A stretch of DNA of 64,000 nt from the NCBI GenBank assembly GCA_965644315.1, contig CBFFRQ010000043.1, positions 124,001 to 188,000 of the forward strand, given 5' to 3'. A program made the position numbers and the translations under genes. The notes under the pieces are model-generated. The model did not search any database, was not told the DNA's origin, and saw nothing but the letters and a program-made list of their open reading frames with translations. Source of the stretch: Caecitellus pseudoparvulus (taxonomy: Eukaryota; Protista; Bigyra: Bicosoecida). Positions 38,301 to 51,096 of the stretch are shown piece after piece (the first letter of the stretch is position 1; each line of letters begins with the position of its first letter).

Positions 38301-41300
38301 GTTCCGTCACTTGTGACCCAATTGGAGGGATTCGAGATGCGATTTAGTCCCAGCCACAAGTCCCCACCAGGCATGGCAACATCTAAGGTGGCGTTTACAG
38401 CTGCAACCTCAGCGGAAGATCCAGGAAGCCACAGTTGTGCTCCCATGTCTTCGCAAGCAGCCTCGGCTGCAGACCAATCGAGGGCTTCGTTCACTGGAAA
38501 GAACCCACTGCTGTCGTGAGTGTACACGGGTATCTGGCATATGGCCCGCATCGCTTCGCCACAGGCTGTGGGAATGAACTGCACGCTGGAGTCTGTGCGC
38601 TTCATGTGCACACAGTCTTGGCTTCCTGTGTTGCCGCTGTGAATCACTTCAACGCTGCTTCGCACTGGAGTGCCGTCATCCCACACAAACTGGCCCTCCT
38701 CGACGTCATCCCCCATGCCCACCCATGCCCTCGCCGTTCCAGCCATGGATGCCCCCGCGAAATTCGCCAACGCAGCCAATTCGGCGTCAGTGTATGCGAT
38801 GGCGAGTCGTGCACCCGTCGCGGATGCTTCACAGGTGTCAGCTGCGAGCATGTATGTCTCGCTGGTCGATTGCCACTTGTAGCACATGTGCACTTCCGGC
38901 ACTTCCGTAAAGCCTGCTGGGCAATTCCCCGTCGTGATGACGGGCGGTTCAGGCGGCTCGCAGGTGCCCTCTGGCGCCGATGGAGGCGGTGCCGGCAGCC
39001 AGTCCAGACGGATGAAGTTGCCCTCCCAGGGCTCCGGAACTGGGAAAGGTGTGTCCATCTCGCAGATGCTGTGCCGGGTGGTGTCGCAAGATACCAGCAA
39101 CCATCCATTTCGCCCGGTCTGTCTGACGCACAGCGTGGAAGGGTCAAAATGGTCAGGCACTGCGTCCCAAACCTGCCACTCAGGGCTTGTTGGCGGATTC
39201 GTCAGCACAGAGCCATCCGCCCACGTGACTGCGTTCGACACTGCTGACAGGCGTCGACCACCAATCCACTCGCCACCACCTGTCATGATTCCCTGCACAG
39301 AGTGCCACTCCCAGTACGAGTTGGGCGTGAACAGCAGAGCCCCATGAGAAGCACACTCGGCCTCAGCGGCTGCATGGTTTAGCTGACTCGCAGCCGCCAC
39401 GCGTTTGTAGCACTTGTCCTTCGTCCCGCTCACGTCGTTCCCAACGAACTTCCCGTGCCTCCAACCACTGGGGCAAGGGGAAATGCGTTTGCGTTCACAC
39501 ACTGGAGTTCTCTGCAGCGTACACTCCTTGTCCTGAAACTCGCCCGACCCGTCAATGATACCACACATTTGGTCATTCTCGTTTGGCTGCCCGCTTTTCC
39601 ACCTTACTCCGAGTTGCGGCTCCCCATTGATCCAGTAGAAGTTCGCACGTTCCTGAGCAGTCGGATTGTCGCACTGGTCCCCTGGCAACCCGATGCAAGA
39701 GAATCCTATGTGAGCTTCGCCTCCTAGGATTCCGTCTGCGAATTGCCACTCGCTGTACGCGTTGAACACTGCAAGGGTGCTGGCATAGTTAAAGAAACAA
39801 GTCGAGGCACCAACTTCAGCATTCTGTGCCGTGCTGTGGGCTTTGTAACAAGAGCCACCGAAGAGCGACGACCCGGCCGGACAGTCACCCATCTTGGATG
39901 GAATGTACTCGCAAATGGCGTAGTCGATGTCGTTTGACTCGAATCTGTCGTCAGTGCACGTATGTGCGGTGATCTCTGAGTTTTGTATAATCAAGCATTG
40001 GCCTGCTGTGGACGATGGAACTGGCAGCGTTTCAAACGGCATGAAGTTCCCATGGCCCAACGGAGCTCCATTGGCCAGCTGCCAGCCAGGGTTGACGTCG
40101 ATTGAAGTGACTCCGATCCAGGTGTTGTCAGAGTTGTCCCCAAACCAGCCTTCGTTCACGAAGAAGTCAAGCTTCTCCACGGAGTCCATGGGAGACAAGA
40201 AACCTTTGTGTGTGTTTCGACAAGTTTCTTCGTATTGGTGCCAATTGTCCCTGTCGCCAACGATGCGATCGTAGCACTTGCCTTCAAAGTACGTAAAGGT
40301 TCCATCACACATCTTGTCAGGGTGCAGGGCGCAAATATACGGCAACTTGGTGTCCTCGCTGACCAGCTCGATGTTCTTCGAACTTGCCCCGAGGGTGACT
40401 GCCTGCCCAGACACTTCATTCAGCTGCGATCCAGAGCAGGTTGCCCCTGTGTCAGGGTAGGTTCCATCACACACATCCACGCTGTCCACAGACCAGACGT
40501 ACTTGGTGCCATCTGGCTCTGCGCCCACCCAAAGGCCAGTTTCACCGTTCTTGATAACGAGCTGCAGCGCTATGTCGTACAGCAACGAGTTCTCTAACTG
40601 AATGAGGCCAGTGGAGCCAAGAGAGGCACAGCTGGCGTAGGCTTCTTCCTTCGTCGCAGTCTTTTGAGCAGGGAGCTGATTGCTGGGCAACAAACACATG
40701 CCCATGACTTGCAGCCATCCTCGTGGACATGGGTTGTCTGCGAACTGCCCGTCGTACACTGGCCGCTCACAAACGGTTCGTCGGGCAAGTGTGAGAGGTG
40801 AAGGCTCGAACCGGAGGTTGCCAGTGCCGTCATCATCTGCCTGACCAACGTTATTCCCTGAACCGACCACAGCTGGGGTAAAGGCGGCTCCAGTTGTCAG
40901 ACTCTTCCAGCCTCCAACATTATAGATTCCAGCAAACACGTTCAACCCTATGCTCGGTAGGAACCAGTCAAGCACAAAATCATCAACCGTGTCCCCTCTG
41001 GGCTGCCACATGCGAGCTCCAACAGCAGCGCAGTCTGCAACCCCGGCGAACCAATCCGGACTTCGCGTCACCTGCCTCAAGCAAGTGCCAGCTGAGCCGT
41101 GTTCGACCCATCCAATGGGGCATGCGCCTTCTCGTACGTTCACGAGCGGCTTCATGCAAATGACACGCTTAGCGCTGCAACAGGACACATCCACATACTG
41201 GGAGGAGGAGCCCTCCATCATCAGGCATTCAGTGTCTGGATCTCCCTTCGGAAATCCTGACTTATATACCCGATCATGGAACATGCTGTACCCCGATTCC

Positions 41301-42399
41301 GTGACGAAGTCGCCGGTTCCAGGGGCATGCAGCGTTGATGCTGCGATCCAAATATCCTCCCCTGGCAGATACCCTGCAATGTCTGACCGCGAGATGTCGG
41401 GCTGGGGTAATGCCATGGCCATGCCGATGCTAGCACAGGCTGCGTTGCCTTCCACCCAAGTCATCAGCCCGGGCAGCACGGCGATGGCGTCGTCTGACGT
41501 CACAGTCTTTGGCGTCTCGCAGATGTAGCCGCCATTGGCATCAACATCAGGACACACTGCGATCAAGCAGCAAGGCGGCGTTTGGCATGGCAGCGTGTCC
41601 TCGATTGAGGCTTGTCACTCACTCTGGTTGTCAATGCGCCAAAGTCCAGATTGCCTCCTCACGTAGTAACACCTGCGCAAGTTTTCCCGATTACTTATCC
41701 AGGGTATTCCAACATCATAGCTGCTATCCAAAGGCTCGCCTTGTTCGTCGTACACGTCTGCGAAAAAGCAGGGAGCGAAGAAAGCGTGCAACGTGAGACT
41801 TGTTTGAATCCGCAAGGCGCAGAGCGCTGCGTAAACGCACGCGTGCCGTTGCCTTCGATGCCAAGCCAATACCGTATGCCACTAGTCAAGCTCAGGGCAC
41901 TTGGCAACAAAAGAAGCGCTGCCGCCGTCTCGGGCGATGCAAGGTGGGCGTACGGGTCCAACTTGGCACACTCGGCAGCGGCAGCTGGAGCTGAGAGCGC
42001 TGTGTCGAACTTGCGGTAACAGCTGCTGCTGGACTCAGTCCAGGAAGCTGGACAAGATGACCGAATGGTCACAGTCGTCAGTTTCCGCTTTGCAACACTG
42101 CCGGCAAGATGTGGAGGCAAGCCCTCACGCGCAACCTCGGCGAGGTGCACTGCAGCAGGCGGAGTGTGGGCAACCTCGCCCAAAGCTCCCAGCGGCGCCA
42201 GCGAGGCTAGCAACACAAGCCACAGCCATCCACGGCTGGCTCTATGCACATTCAACGTCGGCCCCAGTCCCTGCTTCGTGCGGGCCCCTCGTCGGCCAAT
42301 GCAGGGGCAGCGTTGCCTTGAGCGAGCTGCCCGTGCGATGCACCGCTGCGGCGCCAGTCCGCCGCAAACGTGCAAACCAGGCTCGGGCGCGGCCCCCAT
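29327..42399 (-). CDS. Giant multi-C-type-lectin multipass membrane receptor, copy B (same architecture as copy A)
   Basis: 5' ORF with hydrophobic GWLWLVLLASLAPLGALG. Introns 41758-41840 and 41557-41622 join it to the 4079-aa ORF. 14 CTLD units; C-terminal approximately 2185 aa almost identical to copy A. Confidence 0.9.
29330..35886 (-). repeat. Right arm of 6,557-bp inverted repeat (constant region of receptor B)
   Basis: Reverse complement of 16844-23400 with scattered substitutions and the same length. Confidence 0.95.
35280..35970 (-). repeat. Mucin-like Thr/Ser/Pro stalk repeats, copy B
   Basis: Same units and unit order as in copy A. Confidence 0.9.
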
Positions 42400-42948
42400 G
42401 TCAGACTTAACAGTTCGACAAGGTGGGTATCTTGCACTGCCTTTACCTCGCTGACTGTGGGCTTTGCTCAGACGCTGTCCTTCGCTGAGGCGAGGGGTAG
42501 CGATGGTGTAACCGAGGATTTCAACGCTTGAGTGTCAAGACTTTAGAGCGCGAATGAATGGACTGCATGAGCTTGGTGCTTGGCACGTCGTGGGATCCGT
42601 AGCCACTCAGCGAACGAAATTTGGCAATACACGCTTGGAGCTGTGCGGAGGTCGAGGCGGGTGCGGATTTTGGTCCGCGCCGACCAGGGACAACTCCCTT
42701 ACCTGTGAAAATCTTGATCGCCGACGGCGATGCCTGCCCGAATCCTCAAGGCTGTTCAACTTCGCCTTTGCTTCTGTTGCCCGCACCTCCAGTCTCTCAA
42801 CCCCACTCCCTCCTGGGCCCAGCGAGTTCTCGGCCGGATTCTTGTGGAAACGGTTGGGACAAGCTCCTGGCCTCCATGCGGGATGCACGGCAGCAGCTGA
42901 ACCCTCAGCTGTGTGGCATTGGGTGCTGGTCTCCAGTGGAGGTGGACC

Positions 42949-45412
42949 ATGAGCCGGTCCTCTTGCTGGGAAACGATGGCTGGGGTCTTTTCGTGAGCTC
43001 ATTGTGCGTCGCTGCAGCCGATGAAACGCTGCTCAGTGCCATGTTTATCTGCTTGCCTTGCACCGGTGCTCCAACGGTGTATCTTCCATTGCAGGAAGCA
43101 CAAGTTGTCAATGAAGCTGTGGACGCTCCTTGCTGGTCTGATCGCCTCTGCCTCTGTCGCGTACCAGTTCTCCCTCAACGTGAGCTGGTTTCGGAACCTC
43201 GGTAAGGCGCTTCGCGTGCGGCTACGCCCAGGCCCGCGCTGAGACCCCAAGTCCATCACTAAGTTGTGAACTTTAAGCACTTGCGTGAGATTCCACCTGC
43301 CACACTAGCGCCTTCCGCAGAACGCCGCGGAGCGTACGACCCGCGATCAAACAGGACGATTGTTGTCAACACTCTGAGTGCTGACGTGTATGGCGGCGAC
43401 CAAGCAGGGTTCCTGTCTGTGAGTTGTGCACTCGTGTATCTGCCAACGATGTGATCACCTCCGGGTCTCCTCTGCTGCCTGCGTTTTCCCACTCCCGCTG
43501 CTGCCTGAGCACCTCTCTTCACTCTCCCCCGCTGACTCGCCTCCAGGACTTCAATTGGTACTGGGGGGCTTTTGACTGGTTCTTGTCTGCAGGGAACATA
43601 TACGTCCTGGCTGTGGTGCCTTGGGTGGTCTTCAGCGGCTGGCGCTACGTGCGGTGCTCCTCTGCTGCTTGCCTCGCGACGGGAGCCATCGCCGCGAACT
43701 CCCTTGTAGGCTGCACACGCAGTGCGCTATCAGCGTCGTCACTGGGCAGCAGCATTCCGGGTTTTAGTACCATTAGTTTGGCTGTTGTGTGGCTCGGGCA
43801 GCTCGTGCCTGCGGTGCTTGCACCGTACGTCCTCGGCGGCGCTGTGCGAGGCTTCATTCGCCGCCCAGTTCGGCTCCAGTGCCTGGCATTCACAGCGATT
43901 GTAGTGTTTGCGTACTTCTGCATCAGCATTTTGGCGCCAGCTTTCGCTGTGGCCACGCCACTCATGCAGAGTGTGTTGCGCGTGGTGGTGTTCACTTTCG
44001 GCCTGGAGGTGACGGTTGCTGTGATGCGCGTTGGCAGCAAGCTGGCCTTCACCCGCCACATGCCAAGAGACCGGCTCTTGGCTCTCACTGGCTCCACTTT
44101 GGCAGTGGCGGCGGTGTCTGGTCGAATGCTTGTCGCCAGCATGGACACGGCGCTTGGCACGCTGGCCCTGTCCCTAGCCATTGCAGTGACGGAGATCACT
44201 TTGCGCCTCACCATGCCTGCACGAGACGAACAGATCATGCGCTGCGTGCGGATGATCTGTCCTTCATGTCGAGAGGATGTACAGATTGAGTCCGGAGCGT
44301 ATGCAGCACCTGACAGCCCCCCTGCTGCCGGCCCGCGTCAAACTCGATCCCTGACTCCGAGCACCGCTGTGTCAGCATCGCCGGCGAGCGCTTCACATGG
44401 CGTGCCTTCCCTTCAAGACCCAGCCATGGGCCGTTTTGTTGCCGAAGCGCAAGACATTCACGCTTACTTCTCCATGCTGACACTGGACACGATGGCAGAG
44501 GACTTGGGCATCCTCACCAGCCTGCCGTTCGGGCTGTTCATGGCCTTCCCCTCCAGAACTGGGGGCGCGCCCCCGTCACACGAGGACGTCATCTTTCGCG
44601 TCGCCCTGCAGTACATCATTGAACTGATCACAGACATGTCCCCGGCCCTCATCATGCTGGCTGTGAACACTTGCTGCGGTGTGCGGTGGAACGCTGTGTC
44701 TGGACAGCAGGCTCGCAGCGCTGGACTGGCTGCCCTGTCTAGCGAAGGGCAAGACCAAAGCGCTAAAGGCGTGAAAGTCGCAGTCCCCTCCTCTGAAGTC
44801 AGCATCGACGACTCCTTGACGAATCCGGAAGCTCCAACACCTACCCTGTCCAAGCCGCCGGCGCGCCGATCGCCGAACGCAGTCTTGCTCGCACCAGGCA
44901 CTGCAACACCAAGCTCAGAACCGGACCACCGTTCCCAGGGCCAGGCAAGCCAGCCCAGTTGCTCGGAAAGTGGGTGTTGCACGTGTTTCCTGCTACCAAC
45001 CGACCCAGATGTGCAGGAGCACAGCGCACACCTGCGCAGCGTGTATGACGCCGAGATCGACCGCATTGCTGCTGACGCTTTGTGGTCACCTGTGTCGTGG
45101 AGAGGGCTTCTAGAGGCGCAGTTCACAGGCGAAGCGCCAGCACCTACACTGCTGTTCGAACCCGTAACATCGCCAGCCCAGATGAGCAGTGCGCAGGGCT
45201 TGGTCGCTTGGCTAAGCATTCGGGCAGAGGTGCTGACAGCCCGCATGCACCGGGCTTGGACGACACGGTTCAGGGGCTGGACTCTGCTATTCTTGGTGGG
45301 TGCATTAAATGCTGTCATGCTGGCTGGGCGGAATTTCGCGGGGCCTTTCCTGCGGTGCATGAAGGAGGACGACTCGAGGCTCTGGTTTGACTATTGCCCA
45401 GAGGAAAGCTAG
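42949..45412 (+). CDS. Multipass membrane protein of unknown function
   Basis: Model: ATG 42949 with introns 42993-43094, 43202-43320 and 43419-43546 keeping frame into the 662-aa ORF. Many hydrophobic helices interrupted by two S/P-rich loops. Confidence 0.65.
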
Positions 45413-48400
45413 AGTTTTGAGCCGCCACTCCCGGCGGCAACTGCCTGCTGGGCATGTGCGGCAAATATGCCAGCCTTTGCTCTTGCGAAGGCCGAGGAAG
45501 CCTGTGTTTCGTCTTGGACCTGCAGCAGAACGCAGCGCGCAGCGAGGAGGCGGTGGGTTTCCTTGCGCAGCATGGACCACTGGGAGAGGACCAAGAGGGG
45601 GCCAAGGAGCCCGATAGTGATGCCACATACAATGCTTAGGCTGATGTACAGCTGGCGAGCCGTGTACATGCCGCGCTCAAGCGAGGCGTGGGTGGCCAGC
45701 AACGCGTCACGAATTACTGCTTTCTCCAGCATGCTGGCTTCAGCTGCTAGAGCTGCAGATGCACCGGCAGAGCCACCTTCTGCCGCGGCTTGTAGGGTTT
45801 CAAACAAAGCCAGGAGGACACCACGGACGCCTTCAGAGCTTGCGATGCCTGAAACTGCGCCTGGGCATGACCTTGTGGCTTGCCAAGTGGGCTTGCGCAG
45901 GCACGCGTCTCGGAGAAGAAGGCGAGCAGCGTCCGACTGGTCGGGAAGTGGCTGTAAAGGGCTGCCAAGCCATAGGCCTTGGACTGGAGATGCTGCCCCA
46001 GCACTGAGCGTGTCCATACCATCAAATGCAGCATCTTCGACGTCTGTCAGCTCTTGCGCGGCAGCTTCCCGAAAGCCGCTGATTGCAGCCAGTGCTGCCC
46101 AGTGACACGCAACAGGCGCTGTAGAGAGGACCTGAAGGAGGAGGGCGCGTGCAGAGGTCTCTTGCAAGGCAACTGTGTTCGCGCTGGCGGCGATAAGGTG
46201 CACCGCCAGCACGGCAGCCGCGAGGAGCGTCGGCGGCACAATGATGCATGCGACAAGAGCGCACCGCTGTCGAAGCAGTAGTGTCTTGTCTTGCCCTGCA
46301 CAGCAACAGGTGCACTTTCCTGTACTTCCCTTGGCTTCTTCCGTACCACGTTCAGGCGGCGGACCAACAGCTGCGCCTTGCCTGCTCTCTGGACTGCGCA
46401 GGAAAGTGTGCTGCTGCGCAGTTGAAACATTTGCGGACGTGGCAGTGCCGGGCGAGTTTGAAGTTGCCTTGCCTCGCAGGCGGCCAAGCTGTCGCTCCAG
46501 TGACAAGTGGGCTGTGGAACTTTCCAGATGTAGCGCATTGAGCAGGGACTCTGGGAGGAGCTGCACTGCCTGCATAGCTTGCACCATGGAAGTCACCGTC
46601 CAACCAACGGCAACCCACGCAACGACCAGGAAACACAGCATGAAAGCACCTGCAGTAGTCCTGCTGGTTCCTGGGGGAAGCACGTCGCCGTGAAGCCAGA
46701 CATACTCCCAAACTAAGACCTTGGAGGCAAGGGAGTGTGAGAGGGCGGGTAGGATGTGGGAACGAAGCAAGTCCGCGTGGGCCTTGGCTTCTTCCACTGC
46801 CGCCTCTAGGTCCGGTGCAGTTCCATTCTGGAGCATGGACAACTGGGCAGTGAGGTTTCGCTGGGCCATCTCAGCAGCGAGAAGCTTGCTGCGTACAGAA
46901 CGCAGCTGCAACTGCACAAGAGCCACGAGCTCGAAGACTGACTGCGTTGATTTGGTTGTGTCCCCGCCGAGGAACGCAGGAATCTGAACCCAGGGCTCAG
47001 TATCTAGTACAATGTAGTTGGCTGGCGCAGAGAGAAAGCTCGCATTGGCTACCGCTGTGACGGTCATATTGGGCCAGACAAGTCCAGGGGACGCCCTCTC
47101 ACCCAAGTCGGCAAGGCCCAACTCCCGCGCCTCATCTGCAGAGGGGCGCAGAGCAGCGTCCACAATGCCGATTTGTTCGGCGTTTTGCTGGAGGCTGGCG
47201 AGCAGCCATGACAGCTCAGAGGATGTGGCGCTAATGGGCTCCGCGATGGTGCCGAGAGGAAGCAGCTGCAGTCGCCCAAACGCAGCAGCTGCCCACGCGA
47301 CCAGCTCGATTCGGGACGAGGCCAAAATGATGCTGTCTGCGGCCGTGTCTTGTACGAGGACCTCTGCGGCACTTGCACCGATGCCGAGAACGACAATGCA
47401 CATCCCAGCCAGCAGCACGAGCAGTTGACACCAACCAAGGTATTGGATGGACCTCTCCACGTGCCCCCCGGCAGCCCCTGGCAGCTGGAGAAGGGAGGAC
47501 GACAGCACTGCTCGCCCAGATACGATGTCTTGCAGACTTTGAAGGCCAGATCCATGCAGAGATTCCCTGTGCCTCTCACCCCCTTGCGCCCGCTGAAGCT
47601 TTGCCTGTGGACGCCTTTCGCCCAGCGACCGTACAGAGACCTGCCCCACCAATGCGTCGCTTCGCGGTGATGCAGCTTGGGCGAGTAGAAGCTGGCTCTG
47701 CGATCTGGATCGACCCCGTGCATGAGAAGGCTGTTGATGGAACCGCTTGTTCGTGCTCTGGCTAGCGCTGGAAGCAGCCTCCCCGCCCGAGACGCTGCCT
47801 TGGCCAGACTGCGACGCGGCCCCCGAGTCGCTTGTGCCGGCCATGCTGGCAAAGCTCCCTGTACTGTGCAAGTTCGTCGATGCTTCAGAGGTGAGGGAGA
47901 TGTGGTGCATCCGCGAGTCTGGCCCGTCGTCTGACGCGCCAGGTCTGTCGGAAGTCCATGTGTGGAACGGCTGCAAGGACAACAGGCACCCGTCGCCAGC
48001 TTCCCGTACCCACATTTTCAGGCGAACAGGGACATCCCTCCCAACCGCACTGCTGTCACATGCTGCGTGGGATACAGAAACAGTGATGCCACTTGGCAAC
48101 GCCCCTGTCTTCGCGAGGTGGGGCAACGTGAGAACATCGCGGAGGCGGCTCTCCGTGCCGCCATCGTTGTCCGCTGCCGTCTGTAGCCCTGGAAGCAAGG
48201 CCTTGGCAACAGCAGATGCAGCTTGGATTCGTCGGTCCCGGATGGCGGCCGGCTGGCTGGACAGCAACAGCACCCCCGCAGTGCACTGCAGCTTCGAGAG
48301 GCGGAGCATGAGGCGTGGCGCGGTCAACTCAGCCAGGCTGCGTGTCTCCGAAGAGCAGTACGTCTCGTGCACAGACATTCCAAGAAGCTTCAGTTCAGAT

Positions 48401-50885
48401 GAGCTTGGGCAGAGGTACGGAAGGAGCAAGGGTCTCCCCAGGGGCAGACGAGGGGGGCCGTCCTGACCAGCCGTGTGCACTTCGTGTCCCGCTGCGAGTC
48501 GTGTCAGCTGCGTGCACACGGCATCTGCCAGTAAAGGGTGCAGCAAGGAATGCATCGAGGTGCCCAGCACTGCCCGCTCTTCAACTTGCAACAGGGCACA
48601 GGCAGTTTGAGAGGCAGCACAGACTTGCAACGTCTTGGCTGGCAGAGCATCTAGCTCCACTTCCGCAGCTCCCACGAGAGTGTCCTGCGCGGCATCACTA
48701 CCCAGAGGCATGGACTGTAAGAGCGCAATATCATGGGCGTGAAGCCGGTGCTCCGCTCCCGTCCGGGCGGCGGCAGCCTCCAAAGCCTCCGCCTTGTCCC
48801 GCAGCCTGGCCGCACGTTCCGCTTCCCGGGTCGTGCGCTGGAGGAAATCCGCCAGCATGCGGAGGGCAGGCACAGAGTCGCTGTGCTGGCGAATAGCACT
48901 GCGGTACAGCTGCCCGGCTTTTGCAGCGTGCAGCAGGAAGGCCCTGCACTCCTCCAGCAGCGCACCGGGCTCAGAGCCGTGCCACACCGCGTCTCTCTGC
49001 CGGTGCATGCGCCAAACTCGCCGGAGTGCCAGCATGGCAGCGGAATCTTCGGCCAAGGCTTCCGACAGAGAAGCCTTGAAAGCGTGCCGGACGCTGGGTG
49101 GGACTCCCCCAATGCTTTGGGAGGCAGAGCGGCGGTCGGCAGAGGCCAGCCTGGCTCGACCGGCAGCCTGCAGCGCGGGGCGGCCCCCTGCGAGTGGCAC
49201 TGCATCAGCCCTGGCAGCGGAGCGGAGCAACGTGCCTCTTGTGTTCCAGTCGTCGAGGTCTCTCCTGCACTGAATGCTGAGCCGGAGAAGGGGCAGCCTG
49301 TGGTGCAGGGCAACACCATTCAGCGCAGAATTTGCAAGGTGCAGCCTCCGCAGTGCGTACAGAGCTACGCTTCCAGGTACCACCTTGATGTCCTTTGGAA
49401 CATCAGGGGGTGCTTGAATGTGGTGCGACGCAGCCACGAAGTGCAGCCCTGGTGCATACGGAAACGTGTCCTCGCTGGCAGCCAGTGCGTCAGAGAGCAG
49501 CGCCCACACAACTGCTGGAGTGAAGTCCTGCGCTACTCCCATGCTTTGATCCTGTGTATGTCGAAGCAGGGTCCCTGCTCTCTGCCCTCCCTGTCCGAGG
49601 GCACAATCCAGGAACGCTTGAAGCCTTTGTGCCGGGATGAGGGCGCCCACGCTGGACCATGCCCGCACCCAGCGCAGGACAGCTGCACTGCTGCGCAGCT
49701 TCCCGAAGGGTTCAGACAGCAGCACCACATCAGCTCCAACGTGTTGCGTGTACAGCGCTGCCGCGACTGCGAGTGCGATTCCAAGGGCTGCGATCAGTCC
49801 CGCTGTGAGGGTCAGCATGTTGCCTCCTTCAACAGGCAGCTCAGCAGACAGCGAAGAGAGCAAGGTAAGCCACAGGAGTGCGGCAGCTGCACCTTCCCCG
49901 CCCGTTCGAATAGCCTGGGCAAGTGTACTGGCATATATGGGCCAAGTGGCCAACCAGAACGCCACAAAGCCTTGCAGCAGCGCAACGATGAGGAGGGTCA
50001 CTTTGTACGCACTCGGGTCCAGGCTACCGGCCACTGCTGATCGCACCATGAAAGTGCACAGGAAGCCCAAAGCAGCCCGCCACCAAATCAAACCTGCGCT
50101 GCTGGTGTCTGCAATGGGGGCGAGGGGGGCGTGAGAGAAATGAAGGTGGGGAGGCCTGGTACGTGAACGAGGCCGACGCACTTGTCATGTAGTGCTCAGG
50201 CCCGGCCTGCCCAGGCGGCACCCAGTGCAAGCTTGCGAATGCCAGCATGGTAGCGCTGGTAAGAGCAGCAACCAGTAGTAGCAAACACAGCGCCCAGGGC
50301 AGGAATGCGCCGCCACATGCCATGGCTGTCCAGGTGAGCCATGATGCTGAGGCTGACAAGGGCAGAGCAAGCCATCCTCCGACGGAGACACCCCGAGCGA
50401 GCACTCGGTAGAACGCGTCTGATGATGGCAGCAGTTTAACGTTTGGGAACAGACCATAGCCAGCGCTGTGCAGGTGCAGGCGCAGCTAAGTGTCTTCCAA
50501 GGCGCGACGCTCGCAGCAGCAGTTTCAGCCACGTTTCTCACCCCGTCGCTCTCAGCCACGCAAGCGCGCCTGGGAAGCAGCCAATGCAGACGAAGGCTAT
50601 CTGGGCGATGCTCCACTGATTGACACTGCATGAAGTGCCAGCCTGGGGGACAAACGGGGCTGTGGCCCAGTGCACGCCGTGCAACATCGCACACGCGAGT
50701 GAATCTGGTCCTGCACACCGGCCAGTGCGAGCGTGGGACAAGAAACTCCCCACTCCCAGGCCCACCTGGACGGCTGCAAGCGCGACCCCCGCAATGAAGA
50801 CCCACCATGGCTCCCTCGGTGGTGTCGCAGCGAGCTTGACCCACTGGAGTTGCGACAGCGAGCCTCCAAAGGCTGGTTGTGGCAT
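45409..50885 (-). CDS. TmcB/TmcC (tiny macrocysts)-like membrane protein with degenerate PAS domain
   Basis: N-terminal TM bundle (two frame-restoring introns near 50466-50541 and 50110-50181). Helical LYRSAI...PALRMLADFL...AARLRDKAEALE block followed by PAS-like AASQTACALLQVEERAVLGTSMHSLLHPLLA. Ser-rich linker and paired C-terminal TMs. Start approximate. Confidence 0.65.
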
Positions 50886-51096
50886 GGTGATGCGGCGTCG
50901 CTGCGACGCTGCTCGGCTTCGACACACTTGACTCCTGCTGAGTGCTGCGCCCCAGTGACAGGGCGCGTGGACTCCACCGCTACATTTTGTGGTTCTTGCA
51001 AGGAGCACAGAATGCACTTGGACACAGGTGGACCCCTCGGCCGCCCCCCCTCCCACAGCCAGGCCGGTGATGCCTGGATCAGCTAGAAAAAGCCCG

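Noticed and set aside
10241-42399. Diversity-generating retroelement acting on C-type lectin folds
   Set aside because: No reverse transcriptase and no template/variable repeat pair with adenine-specific differences seen in the window.
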